Source: Proteromonas lacertae
Lineage: Eukaryota
Direction: 5' to 3'
DNA: 64,000 nt
NCBI GenBank assembly: GCA_002245135.1
Contig: NGBS01000001.1
Location: forward strand, 434,001-498,000
The stretch's first letter is position 1. Every line of letters begins with the position of its first letter. The notes beneath the pieces are model-generated. The model ran no database searches. It was not told where the DNA came from and saw only the letters and a program-made list of their open reading frames with translations. This document shows, in pieces, positions 14,670 through 24,500 of the stretch. A program made the translations under genes and the position numbers.

Positions 14670-15977
14670 CTTTATATTCTTTACCAACATTAATAACTTT
14701 CAAAATATCACAGTTTGTTTCTATTGTTAATAAAGTATGAAAATGAAATAAATAAAAATATCCATTGTCAGTAGTTACAAATAAATATCCCATTTGTGTA
14801 GCATCAAACCTCAAAGACACAATTGTTCCATTATCAACAACGCATTTATTCTTCATAAATAATCTATCATACAAGTATAAGAAATAAACTGTATCTTTTG
14901 CAGAGATTGCTATTCTTCCACCTACTTTTTCATATGCTGTAATTGTATTATTCATGGTAAGATTTGCTTCAATTTCTTCTAATGGGTTGAAAAATAAAAC
15001 ATTTTCATCTTTCATTATAATCATATCTAATTCTTGACTCTTTCTGTTGAATGTTTCAAAACTAAATGGATATGATATTTTAGACAACATTGAATCTCTA
15101 ATATGATAGATTGAAACATGAATATCATTGTCCAAAGGTGTACTATATCTTGTTTTTGTTATTTCCTTTGGATTATTCATTATAAACTTTGTTAATCTTA
15201 CAATTAGCATTTTATCTCCTACTATTAATTTCTTATGAAAATGTACTGCTAATGCATATGTTTTGAATAAACCATTTTTATCACAGAAAACAATTACAGG
15301 AGGACGACCAAATGATAATTCGAATCTGTAAATATCTATACCTACATTAAACTCACTTATAAAATCATTATCTAATGTGAAAAATTGAACTAAACCACTT
15401 GATGTTGCCTATTATCATTATTGACAATTCAAAAGCATTTCTATTATTTTATATATTATTGATATTTATATACCTTCCTTGAATATTTGTAGAACGAAAT
15501 GCTAATGTTTGATAATATGTCATATCTGATGGAATTTTGTGCGAAAATCTTTGGAAGTAGTATTCTTTCCATGATTCATCCTATTTATTTATATATAATA
15601 CAAATACATCATCATCTTCAATGATTAAACTATCATCATTTTTCTTTAATTGATGATATTTTTGTTCTAATTTAGCTTTTAATTCGTTCAACTTCCTCAA
15701 TTCTTCTTCTATAGCCTTTTGAAGTATAATTTCATAATAATACTTCAGTATCTCTTAGCTTATCTTCATCAATGTCGTTCTAGAAATAATAATTTCTATA
15801 GATTTACAATTACTTTTACATTCTCAGATTCTTTGTTATTATTTTCACCATAGTTCTACTATATTAGTTAAAATATACAATCTGCTGATGAACTTCATCC
15901 AGATATGGATCCTGCGAATAAACAAATGCAAAACAGTTTAGCATAATACATATAACACATATATATTTTGTTTTCAT
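14191..15977 (-). CDS. Hypothetical type I membrane protein (signal peptide, coiled coil, beta-rich ectodomain, C-terminal TM)
   Basis: Signal-like N-terminus MKTKYICVICIMLNCFAFVYS and TM segment WVPKVIGALIGFALYAMC. Multiple tiny introns, a +1 break at 15408-15409 and an ambiguous junction at 14449-14513. Confidence 0.6.
14612..14666. repeat. (AAT)n microsatellite inside an intron
   Basis: Perfect trinucleotide run between a minus-strand GT donor and AG acceptor. It produces the false poly-Ile in the ORF track. Confidence 0.95.
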
Positions 15978-16038
15978 AACAAAAATTAAAAAAATAAATT
16001 TGAAGTGAGAAATGATCAGATCTTGATCTAATAATAAT

Positions 16039-16146
16039 AAATCAATAACAGTGGTGGTGATGATCATATTAGTATATATATTTATTATTTCACAAGTACA
16101 TTTACCACAAGAAGAATCAGTAAATGATAATGAAGAAATGGTATGA
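16039..16146 (+). pseudogene. Remnant 3' fragment of the tetraspanin-like paralog at 18999-19668
   Basis: 16039-16081 matches the reverse complement of 19142-19184 with few mismatches. It then skips 78 bp relative to the intact copy and continues into the HLPQEESVNDNEEMV* coding end. Confidence 0.8.
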
Positions 16147-16310
16147 AATTGATGATCCTCAATTGAATTATGTTAAGATTAGATAATTTTATATGTTTTG
16201 TTATATTGTTATTGTTAATATGGTATATTAACATTCGAAAAACTAGTCTAGTATAAATGTTTAAACAATTTTAACGAAAAATTACCCAAAAATCTATTCT
16301 TTCTATTTTG

Positions 16311-16991
16311 ATGGAAGAAGTATTATTTGAATAATAAGTTTTAGCTTAAAGAAATAGAAAATGATTTCAAAAAGAAATCAAAGTGGGTAGTAGGTTATTC
16401 GATTATTGTGGCAGTATATCAGTGTAGCTTTTATTCTATAATAGTTTTTATTTTATTTGAGCTTGATTGCAAAAGGTCAACTGATCCTGTTTACTGTGAT
16501 ATCTATAATAATTCCTTATCTTGCTATTTTTAGTGTGATATGTAGAAATGTAACAATATGGGGTTGTGTATATTTATTATTATTAGTTTATAATATGTAG
16601 TTTCATTTTTGTAGTTTTTGTGAAATATTTTTCTCTGTATTTCATATTTGTTTATGATGTAAGTAGATGTTTAATATATTTGTATGGTTGTTAGTGGCTG
16701 GTGATCACAATTATCATAAACAAGATTGTGGAGATAATAAGGAGCGAGATAGTGAAGATATACATTGTAATCCATATTTTGAGTTTTATTATAATTCAGG
16801 TATAATCCTGTCAATAATAGCAATTGTTTTTTCTGTATGTTATATGATTTATTGTATTATAATAGTGTTTGTCATGTTGTAAGGGTAGAAAATTATATAC
16901 TCATCAGTATTTCAAACAGATTGAAACAAATTTATCCCATATTACAGAAGAAAGAAGAATGGAGATGGATCATTTTATTCCAAAAATATAA
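16311..16991 (+). CDS. Tetraspanin-like 4-TM protein, left-arm copy
   Basis: Five tiny introns give MEELKEIENDFKKKSKWVVGYSIIVAFLFYLSLI...WGCFHFCSFCEIFFSMFNIFVWLLVA-(loop with 2 Cys)-GIILSIIAIVFSCLSCCKGRK...FIPKI*. It has four hydrophobic segments and a large second loop but no CCG motif. Confidence 0.7.
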
Positions 16992-17189
16992 ATGGTTAAT
17001 GAGGTAAAATGAAAAACATAATAAACAAACTTATTTAAATATGTATATGTGTTGTTTTGTAATGTATTAATAAATGAGAATGATTGAAATAATTTACAAA
17101 TATTCAAATCAACAGTTTTAAACAAAAGAATATTTTCATTTATTTAATTTACTCTTTTCTTCTTAAAAGAAAGAGACAAAAATAACAAA

Positions 17190-17267
17190 GGCTTTTTGAT
17201 GGGAGAAATACACGGTAATCTTTAGTAAAAGGCGAAAGATTAATTCGTTATGTATTTTTCCCAAGCC
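17190..17267. other. GC-richer stem-loop in non-coding part of palindrome arm (mirror copy 17878-17955)
   Basis: GGGAGAAATACA (17201-12) pairs with TGTATTTTTCCC (17251-62), AATCTTT (17217-23) with AAAGATT (17235-41), and GGCTT with AAGCC. Confidence 0.6.
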
Positions 17268-18153
17268 ATTTAAAAATAAAAATTCTCAATTCCATTTATC
17301 ATATACAACTAAATGAATTATTTTATGGGTGTTTTTATTTTTTATAAAAACATAATTTATATCTTCTTATTTTGAAGTTTAAATAACACAGATGATTTTA
17401 TTAATGTATTATGGAAAGTTGCAGATATGAGTTATACCTAATTTCAAAGATAATTTATATTGAATATTTTTGTTAAATAAAAATAAGTATATTAAAAGGA
17501 TTATGATTAATGAAATAATAATAATAATAATGGAATAAAACCTGAGACATAGAATTAATAAAGAATTATAGTAAAAAGAGTAAATTGATTGATATATATC
17601 TCTTTCTGTTTATGAAATTGGACAACAATTAAAAATTTTACATAGCAATATAATGTATAACTTTTAGATGTGCTTGCTTACCTAATTTTGTAACATATGA
17701 AACAAACCCTACTATTCATTACATAACTTTCCATAACACATTGATAAAATCATCTGTGTTATTTAAACTTCAAAATAAGAAGATATAAATTATGTTTTTA
17801 TAAAAAATAAAAACACCCATAAAATAATTCATTTAGTTGTATATGATAAATGGAATTGAGAATTTTTATTTTTAAATGGCTTGGGAAAAATACATAACGA
17901 ATTAATCTTTCGCCTTTTACTAAAGATTACCGTGTATTTCTCCCATCAAAAAGCCTTTGTTATTTTTGTCTCTTTCTTTTAAGAAGAAAAGAGTAAATTA
18001 AATAAATGAAAATATTCTTTTGTTTAAAACTGTTGATTTGAATATTTGTAAATTATTTCAATCATTCTCATTTATTAATACATTACAAAACAACACATAT
18101 ACATATTTAAATAAGTTTGTTTATTATGTTTTTCATTTTACCTCATTAACCAT

Positions 18154-18834
18154 TTATATTTTTGGAATAAAATGATCCATCTCCATTCTTCTTTCTTCTG
18201 TAATATGGGATAAATTTGTTTCAATCTGTTTGAAATACTGATGAGTATATAATTTTCTACCCTTACAACATGACAAACACTATTATAATACAATAAATCA
18301 TATAACATACAGAAAAAACAATTGCTATTATTGACAGGATTATACCTGAATTATAATAAAACTCAAAATATGGATTACAATGTATATCTTCACTATCTCG
18401 CTCCTTATTATCTCCACAATCTTGTTTATGATAATTGTGATCACCAGCCACTAACAACCATACAAATATATTAAACATCTACTTACATCATAAACAAATA
18501 TGAAATACAGAGAAAAATATTTCACAAAAACTACAAAAATGAAACTACATATTATAAACTAATAATAATAAATATACACAACCCCATATTGTTACATTTC
18601 TACATATCACACTAAAAATAGCAAGATAAGGAATTATTATAGATATCACAGTAAACAGGATCAGTTGACCTTTTGCAATCAAGCTCAAATAAAATAAAAA
18701 CTATTATAGAATAAAAGCTACACTGATATACTGCCACAATAATCGAATAACCTACTACCCACTTTGATTTCTTTTTGAAATCATTTTCTATTTCTTTAAG
18801 CTAAAACTTATTATTCAAATAATACTTCTTCCAT
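18154..18834 (-). CDS. Tetraspanin-like 4-TM protein, right-arm copy
   Basis: Reverse-complement copy of 16311-16991. Confidence 0.7.
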
Positions 18835-18998
18835 CAAAATAGAAAGAATAGATTTTTGGGTAATTTTTCGTTAAAATTGTTTAAACATTTATACTAGACT
18901 AGTTTTTCGAATGTTAATATACCATATTAACAATAACAATATAACAAAACATATAAAATTATCTAATCTTAACATAATTCAATTGAGGATCATCAATT

Positions 18999-19668
18999 TC
19001 ATACCATTTCTTCATTATCATTTACTGATTCTTCTTGTGGTAAATGTGCTTGTGGAATAATAATGATATCATTGAAATAAGGATGGTTTTTAATCTTACA
19101 TCCAAAATATAATGATAAACACTATCAATTCGTTATATATATATATATATACTAATATAATCGTCACCATCACTGTTATTGATTCAATTAAATAAGGAAA
19201 TTTATACCCTACTGAATTACGAAGACGTTCACATTCTTCACCCACATTCTTTTCATCTTTACATATATTTATTAAATCCATAAATAATATATCCACAAAT
19301 ATTTCCGAAATAATAAGCAACACAAAGGTTAAGATTTCACAACATACTAAACCATTAAACTATAAATTGTAAATATAACAATATTTTATACACACGACCA
19401 ACATACACTATTTTTATTATTTATTGCAATAAAACCAATAATTGTAATTAAAAAAGGAATTTTAGTTAGAGCAATTAGTTCTTTAGAAGTATCTCTTTTA
19501 TTACGCATCAATACTATCATACTTACAATAAAAATAAGCTATTAGTAACAAAATATAGAAATACTGCTGCTGCCATAGCTGACAAACCTATAGATAATCT
19601 TGACTTTTTCTTAAAATTGTTTTGAACTTCGTTTGACTAAAAAAATATGAACAAAACAATACATCCAT
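18999..19668 (-). CDS. Diverged tetraspanin-like 4-TM paralog
   Basis: MDSNEVQNNFKKKSRLSIGL...CWSCFNGLVCCEIL...CLSLYFGCKIKNHPYF aligns with the arm gene (NDFKKKSK, WGC, CEI, CLS..G.K..H.YF). Four intron positions are equivalent. Confidence 0.75.
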
Positions 19669-19691
19669 GATAAACAGAATAAAAATATGGT

Positions 19692-19722
19692 GTAATTTTT
19701 CGTTAAAATTGTTTAAACATTT
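19692..19722 (-). promoter_or_regulatory. 31-bp element identical upstream of all three tetraspanin-like genes (also 18860-18890 and 16255-16285)
   Basis: GTAATTTTTCGTTAAAATTGTTTAAACATTT is identical about 25 bp upstream of each ATG and contains the palindrome TGTTTAAACA. Confidence 0.7.
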
Positions 19723-19843
19723 TTCTTTTTGTTTAAACAATTATATTAAACAAGTTTTAAACTTAACAGTATAAATATTTATATGCATATGAACTATATT
19801 CGTTTCATATATAAAAAAATATTATAATTACTTATATTATTAA

Positions 19844-20286
19844 TTAAAAATCATAGCATCTTCCTTTAATTTCCCAATCACCATATCTTGTAGGTTCAGC
19901 ACCATTAAATACACCTCGAGGTGGATTCCACTCTCCAGTAGCAGGATTTATCTATTAATTAGAATAAAACTCATCACAGAACATACCATTGGTACAAAAT
20001 CTTTTTCATCCAACTCAAAAACATAATTTTTGTTGAATTCTTTTGCAAACTCTTTTAAATCTGGTAATCCTTTTACCTACACTGTTATATTAAATAATAT
20101 ACTCCTTTATTTTTAGTGTCACTTTTACACTCACAATTTTTATCTGATTTATCTGTAGAACAACCACAAGATTCTTTCTTTCCCGAAGCAGCCATTGAAA
20201 ATGTCCTTAAAGACATTTTAGGTATTACTGATAAACGTACAATACTAATAAAATATTTATAGGATATTATACCGAGAAACAGACAT
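19844..20286 (-). CDS. SDHAF4: Succinate dehydrogenase assembly factor 4 (DUF1674 family)
   Basis: Spliced C-terminus NPATGEWNPPRGVFNGAEPTRYGDWEIKGRCYDF* and an Arg/Ser-rich presequence-like N-terminus. Three introns. Missed by the ORF track. Confidence 0.9.
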
Positions 20287-20354
20287 GTGAGAAGAAATTA
20301 AAAAAGAATAAAGTTTGTGAGTGATTTGAAAATCTATTTTGAGAAATATTTTAA

Positions 20355-21140
20355 ATGACTATATTTGAAGAGTATCCTTATCTAAACGACTGGAAAGTTA
20401 TTGCACAAGGCGCAGAAGCTGTATATCTAATAGAGTTAATAAATAATAGAAAATTTTAGAAGGAGAGTTGAATGAAAAGTTATGCGTTGCAAAAGTTAGA
20501 TTAGCTAAAAAATATAGGGTAGATGCATTAGATAAAAGTATAAACTCAAAACGATTCAAACAAGTATAATCACGTAAATATTTTTATAAGGAGATGAAGA
20601 ATATTGACAAAGCAAAAAAGTGTGGTATATTAACTCCAGAAATATATTTGACAAATCGAAAACTGTTCCTGCTTATAATGGAGAAGATTAATGGAATGAC
20701 AATGAAGAAGTATATTAATTCGTCTTCAAAACAAGAAGGTACAATCACTTACAATATTGTCAATAGAATTGATTGAAGTTATTCAAAGAATGGGAGAGAC
20801 TGTTGGAAAAATTCACAACAATCACATTGTACATGGCGATTTAACCACATCAAACTTCCTATTGAATGAATCACATCAAATAGTAGTAATCGATTGGGGA
20901 TTATCATTTGTTAGTGAAAAATCAGAAGATAAAGCAGTTGATTTGTATGTTTTAGAAAGAGCATTCAATAGCACTCATCCAAATCATCCAGAATTGGTAT
21001 TACTATTATGTTTTTATAGTTTTAATATATAGTTTGATATATTTATAAAATCTTATGAAAATACACTTACTGATAATAATATTATTCCTAAATTCAATGA
21101 AGTGAGATTAAGAGGAAGAAAAAGATTAGCTTTTGGATAA
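20355..21140 (+). CDS. BUD32: KEOPS complex kinase Bud32/TP53RK
   Basis: [32 protein letters not shown] and terminal RGRKR motifs. Four introns. Confidence 0.95.
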
Positions 21141-21158
21141 ATTATTAAATATAATTAA

Positions 21159-22070
21159 TTAATGATAAACATTTAATATTTGTTTTTTGATATTGATTAT
21201 TTCTATTAATTCTTTTATTTTTTTCAAATAATTATCACAACTATCTTCATTTTCAATTTCTAATACATCTTCTTTCAATTCTAAGTGGTTGTTTAAAAAA
21301 GCATTAACAGAATTAATTCTATCAATTAATGTTTTAATAATGAAATTTTTATATTGTTTATTGATTTGTGTATTATTTAATAATACTTTCCTTGCCTCAT
21401 CTTCGTTTTCTGTTTTAGTTACTTTTATTAACTCATTATAAAAATTAGTCCTTTTACAAATAGATAAATCTTTTGATTTTATGTCTGACATGGCTAACTG
21501 ATTGATCCAACGCATAGATACACATTCTGCTGTACTTTTTATGTGAATAATAAGCAATTTAAATGATGGATACTCTTTTTTAATTCTAATTATTTCATTA
21601 TATTGTCTTGCACCAATATCATAGAATATATTACTTTCTGGTGATTCAGAGAGTATTTCTTTAATTTTATTGTTTAATATACTGTAACAACTTGGCATCC
21701 ATACTTTTTCTTCTATCTCTTTCTTTATAATTTTCAATTCTTCAGATTTTACAGTTAAATTCAAAAATTGTTTTTCTAAGAGAAGAGATTCCATAGCTCC
21801 ATTAAAAGAACCTTTATTTAAATCTAACGCTTTAAAATAATTATCTGAGTTTAAAACATTTTTCACTACTTCATCTGATACTAATCTTTTGCTTAATATA
21901 AATTCAGTAAATAATGTTAAAATCAGTGAAACCCTAGATACATCTCTACGAGTAGAAACTTCAATATCACTCACACTGATAGTCTTAAATTCACCCAATT
22001 CTGTAAACATATTACACAATGTACTTTTACCTGCACCTGGAATACCAATAGGTATTGTTATTATAGTCAT
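21159..22070 (-). CDS. Intronless P-loop NTPase / small-molecule kinase-like protein
   Basis: N-terminal Walker A GIPGAGKST in a single uninterrupted ORF. First ATG at 22070. Confidence 0.65.
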   Translation of the reverse strand: MTIITIPIGIPGAGKSTLCNMFTELGEFKTISVSDIEVSTRRDVSRVSLILTLFTEFILSKRLVSDEVVKNVLNSDNYFKALDLNKGSFNGAMESLLLEKQFLNLTVKSEELKIIKKEIEEKVWMPSCYSILNNKIKEILSESPESNIFYDIGARQYNEIIRIKKEYPSFKLLIIHIKSTAECVSMRWINQLAMSDIKSKDLSICKRTNFYNELIKVTKTENEDEARKVLLNNTQINKQYKNFIIKTLIDRINSVNAFLNNHLELKEDVLEIENEDSCDNYLKKIKELIEIINIKKQILNVYH

Positions 22071-22132
22071 ACCAAACAAAATGTAACTATGAAACGGCTA
22101 GTGAATATTTTTTTGTTATTTTTTCAACCATA

Positions 22133-22140
22133 AACAAACA
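22133..22140 (-). terminator. TGTTTGTT 3'-end/polyadenylation-type motif (also 38744-38751 minus, 44324-44331 plus)
   Basis: Exact octamer shortly downstream of stop codons on the sense strand. It matches the motif described for Blastocystis polyadenylation sites. Confidence 0.55.
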
Positions 22141-22159
22141 GATCTGATAAAACTAGTAT

Positions 22160-23604
22160 TTAATTATTTTCTAGCTCACTTAGTCTTTGTAATAGTCTTT
22201 TCATTTTTGGATCGCTTTGATACTTTATTCTTTCCTCAGGATGAGTCAAACACTAAACATAATATAGAGCAAATAATATATATACACTTCTAAATTTCAT
22301 ATTCACCTCCATATCAAGTAAAGCCTCAGATATAATAGAATCGTTTAATATTTCAGTAAGAGACACTATATAACGATATATATATAAACTAAATAATACA
22401 ATTGCAACCTTCATTTAATCGTCTATAAATACTCTCATCATCATTTATATCATAATCATTATTATTATTCCTCTCATTCATTTCTATTATATTATTTTCT
22501 ATTTCCACTTGCAATTGATGTGTTTCATCATCATAATCAAGGAAACATGCTCTTTTGAAATCATCTAATGCTTTTGTTAGATCACCAATCATTCTATAAA
22601 TAATAATATGATTAATATATACTTATATGATTTTCCTCTTATCTTCAATGCTTTTGCACTATCTGGATTTATTTTCAATGCCCTATTACAATCACATATC
22701 GCTGCTTTGGGTCTCTTTGATTTTAATAACAATTCAGCACGTTTATGAAATACATAAGATGTTTGTTGATATTTTAATGTAGAATTGATATATTCTAATG
22801 CTTTATCATAATTCTAGATTTAATAAATAACTAAATAAATTCATAAATACTCCTTGTTCTACTGCTAAATTAAATTTTGTTAAACATTCATTATAGAGTT
22901 CTTCATTATTTGGCTAATACAATTACAATAAGCATTTTATATATCATACTATAGACAATAGTGTTGGCACTTCAGGAAAAGGTAGTTCATCGTTTGACAT
23001 ATCTGATTTATATATTGATATAGAAGGTGCTTTTTGAGTTGGAGGCGGTGGAAGTTCTATTTTTTCTTGTTCTATTGTTACTGGGAAGTATTTATGAACA
23101 AAATCTACTAAAAACTTTAAATCTGAATTTTCTAATATTGAATTGTCTTTTTCAATGCACTATAGAATGTAGATATGACTTATATACCGATATTAATTTC
23201 TTTGTATGTTCTATATATAACGCATAATCACTATTTCTATTAGGTGGCTCTTTACTGTATAATTGTATTTTTGATTCTAGAGAAAAATCGCTATCTAACG
23301 GACCCTTAATGTATTCAACCATTTTTTCTGATAAATAAAATTTAAATGAAGGAAAACCATTGATTCCTTCCTTGTAACACAAATCTTTATTAATGTCGCA
23401 ATCTAATGTATAAAAAAACACCCAGTTGTATTTCTCACTTAAACTTTTATACAAATGATACATTGGCGTACAATTTTCACACCTAAATGAGGTAATTCAC
23501 AGAAATAATAAATACCATGTAACATAGAAATAAATAATTGCAAGACTTGAACCAGCTTTCTTTAAATATTGATTTATATCACTCTTAATTTCAACGATAG
23601 ACAT
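22160..23604 (-). CDS. Thioredoxin fused to an Hsc70-interacting protein (HIP/ST13)-like region with TPR and STI1-like parts
   Basis: Spliced Trx site VTWCENC...GFPSFKFY, Hip-N-like DNSILENSDLKFLVDF, TPR KRAELLLKSKRPKAAICDCNRALKINPDSAKALKIRGK, and STI1-like end KYQSDPKM. Confidence 0.8.
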
Positions 23605-23684
23605 GATTTAAATGAAATAAATTATTGGGGCAGAAAAAATACTAAAACTTTTTTTATAACCCCAATTTCTGTTTCTTTGTTTTT

Positions 23685-24480
23685 ATGAATATTGATAAGG
23701 TTAAATTACAGACCGAATTAGCACAAGAAGTCAAAAACGAAAAGGATCATAAAAAAGTATATTTAGAAGTATATAACTAAATAGATTGATGAAATGAAGA
23801 AAAAAGCTATATTGACAGCAGGAAGCTATGAAGAATTCAAAAATTTAGTAGCATGTGCTACTCTTGAGCCTATTAGTTCGAAAGAGTATAATTTTCATCA
23901 TGAACACGTTCCAAATGCATTTGTACAGAAAGAAGAAGAAACATGTATAGCCATTCTTTTATTTTTGATAAGGGGAAAAACAACCAGAATATAAATTCGA
24001 AAAAGTGAAAGATTTAAAACCTCCTACTACCTATCAAGAGTTTCAGAAAAACTGGAGACGTTACTGTGAAACATCTAAAGAAAAATTCAATTACTTCTTG
24101 ATGTTAAATGAAGATAATATAAAGAAATTCTTCGAAAAAGAAATTGATTCAGTTTTTATAACAAAAGTTTTTCAAACATTTAGTGAGTTATTTAAAGAAT
24201 ATAATCCAACAAGAGATGAGTCTAAACATGTTATATCATTATTTAAAACTTTGACTCAGTATAAATTAAGAGTATAATTATATTTTAAACTAGATCACCC
24301 AAATTTGATTTTTATACGATGTTCATAAGTAAATCAGATAAAGAATACTTAGATAAGATATTTGAAAAATTAAAAGCTACATCTAATGATGAAAATTCAA
24401 TTAATTTTCTAAGAAAATCCTTTAAAATGTCTTATTTGTTGTTTATTGGGAATTATAGTCGTACTAAATTATTGATGTGA
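23685..24480 (+). CDS. CCDC103: CCDC103/DNAAF19-like dynein attachment factor (N-terminal domain plus RPAP3_C)
   Basis: IDEMKKKAILTAGSYEEFKNLVACATLEPI and PPTTYQEFQKNWRR...PKFDFYTMFISKSDKE. Three introns. The true 3' end may be at 24430 (see findings). Confidence 0.75.
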
Positions 24481-24500
24481 TGTAAATATTATGAGTAAAC

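Larger units (their letters stand above)
16082..19063. repeat. Large inverted repeat (palindrome): arms 16082-17420 and 17725-19063 (1339 bp each), 304-bp spacer
   Basis: Mirror coordinates sum to 35145 at both ends and at the duplicated ORFs 16667-16882 and 18263-18478. I saw mismatches only near the arm edges. Confidence 0.97.

Noticed and set aside
14569..14670. Poly-Ile (and poly-Leu at about 33713-33747) tracts as membrane anchors
   Set aside because: They are translations of intronic trinucleotide microsatellites.
16082..19063. DNA transposon or foldback element with long terminal inverted repeats
   Set aside because: The arms consist of host gene sequence including part of a neighbouring paralog. 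I see no transposase and no target-site duplication.
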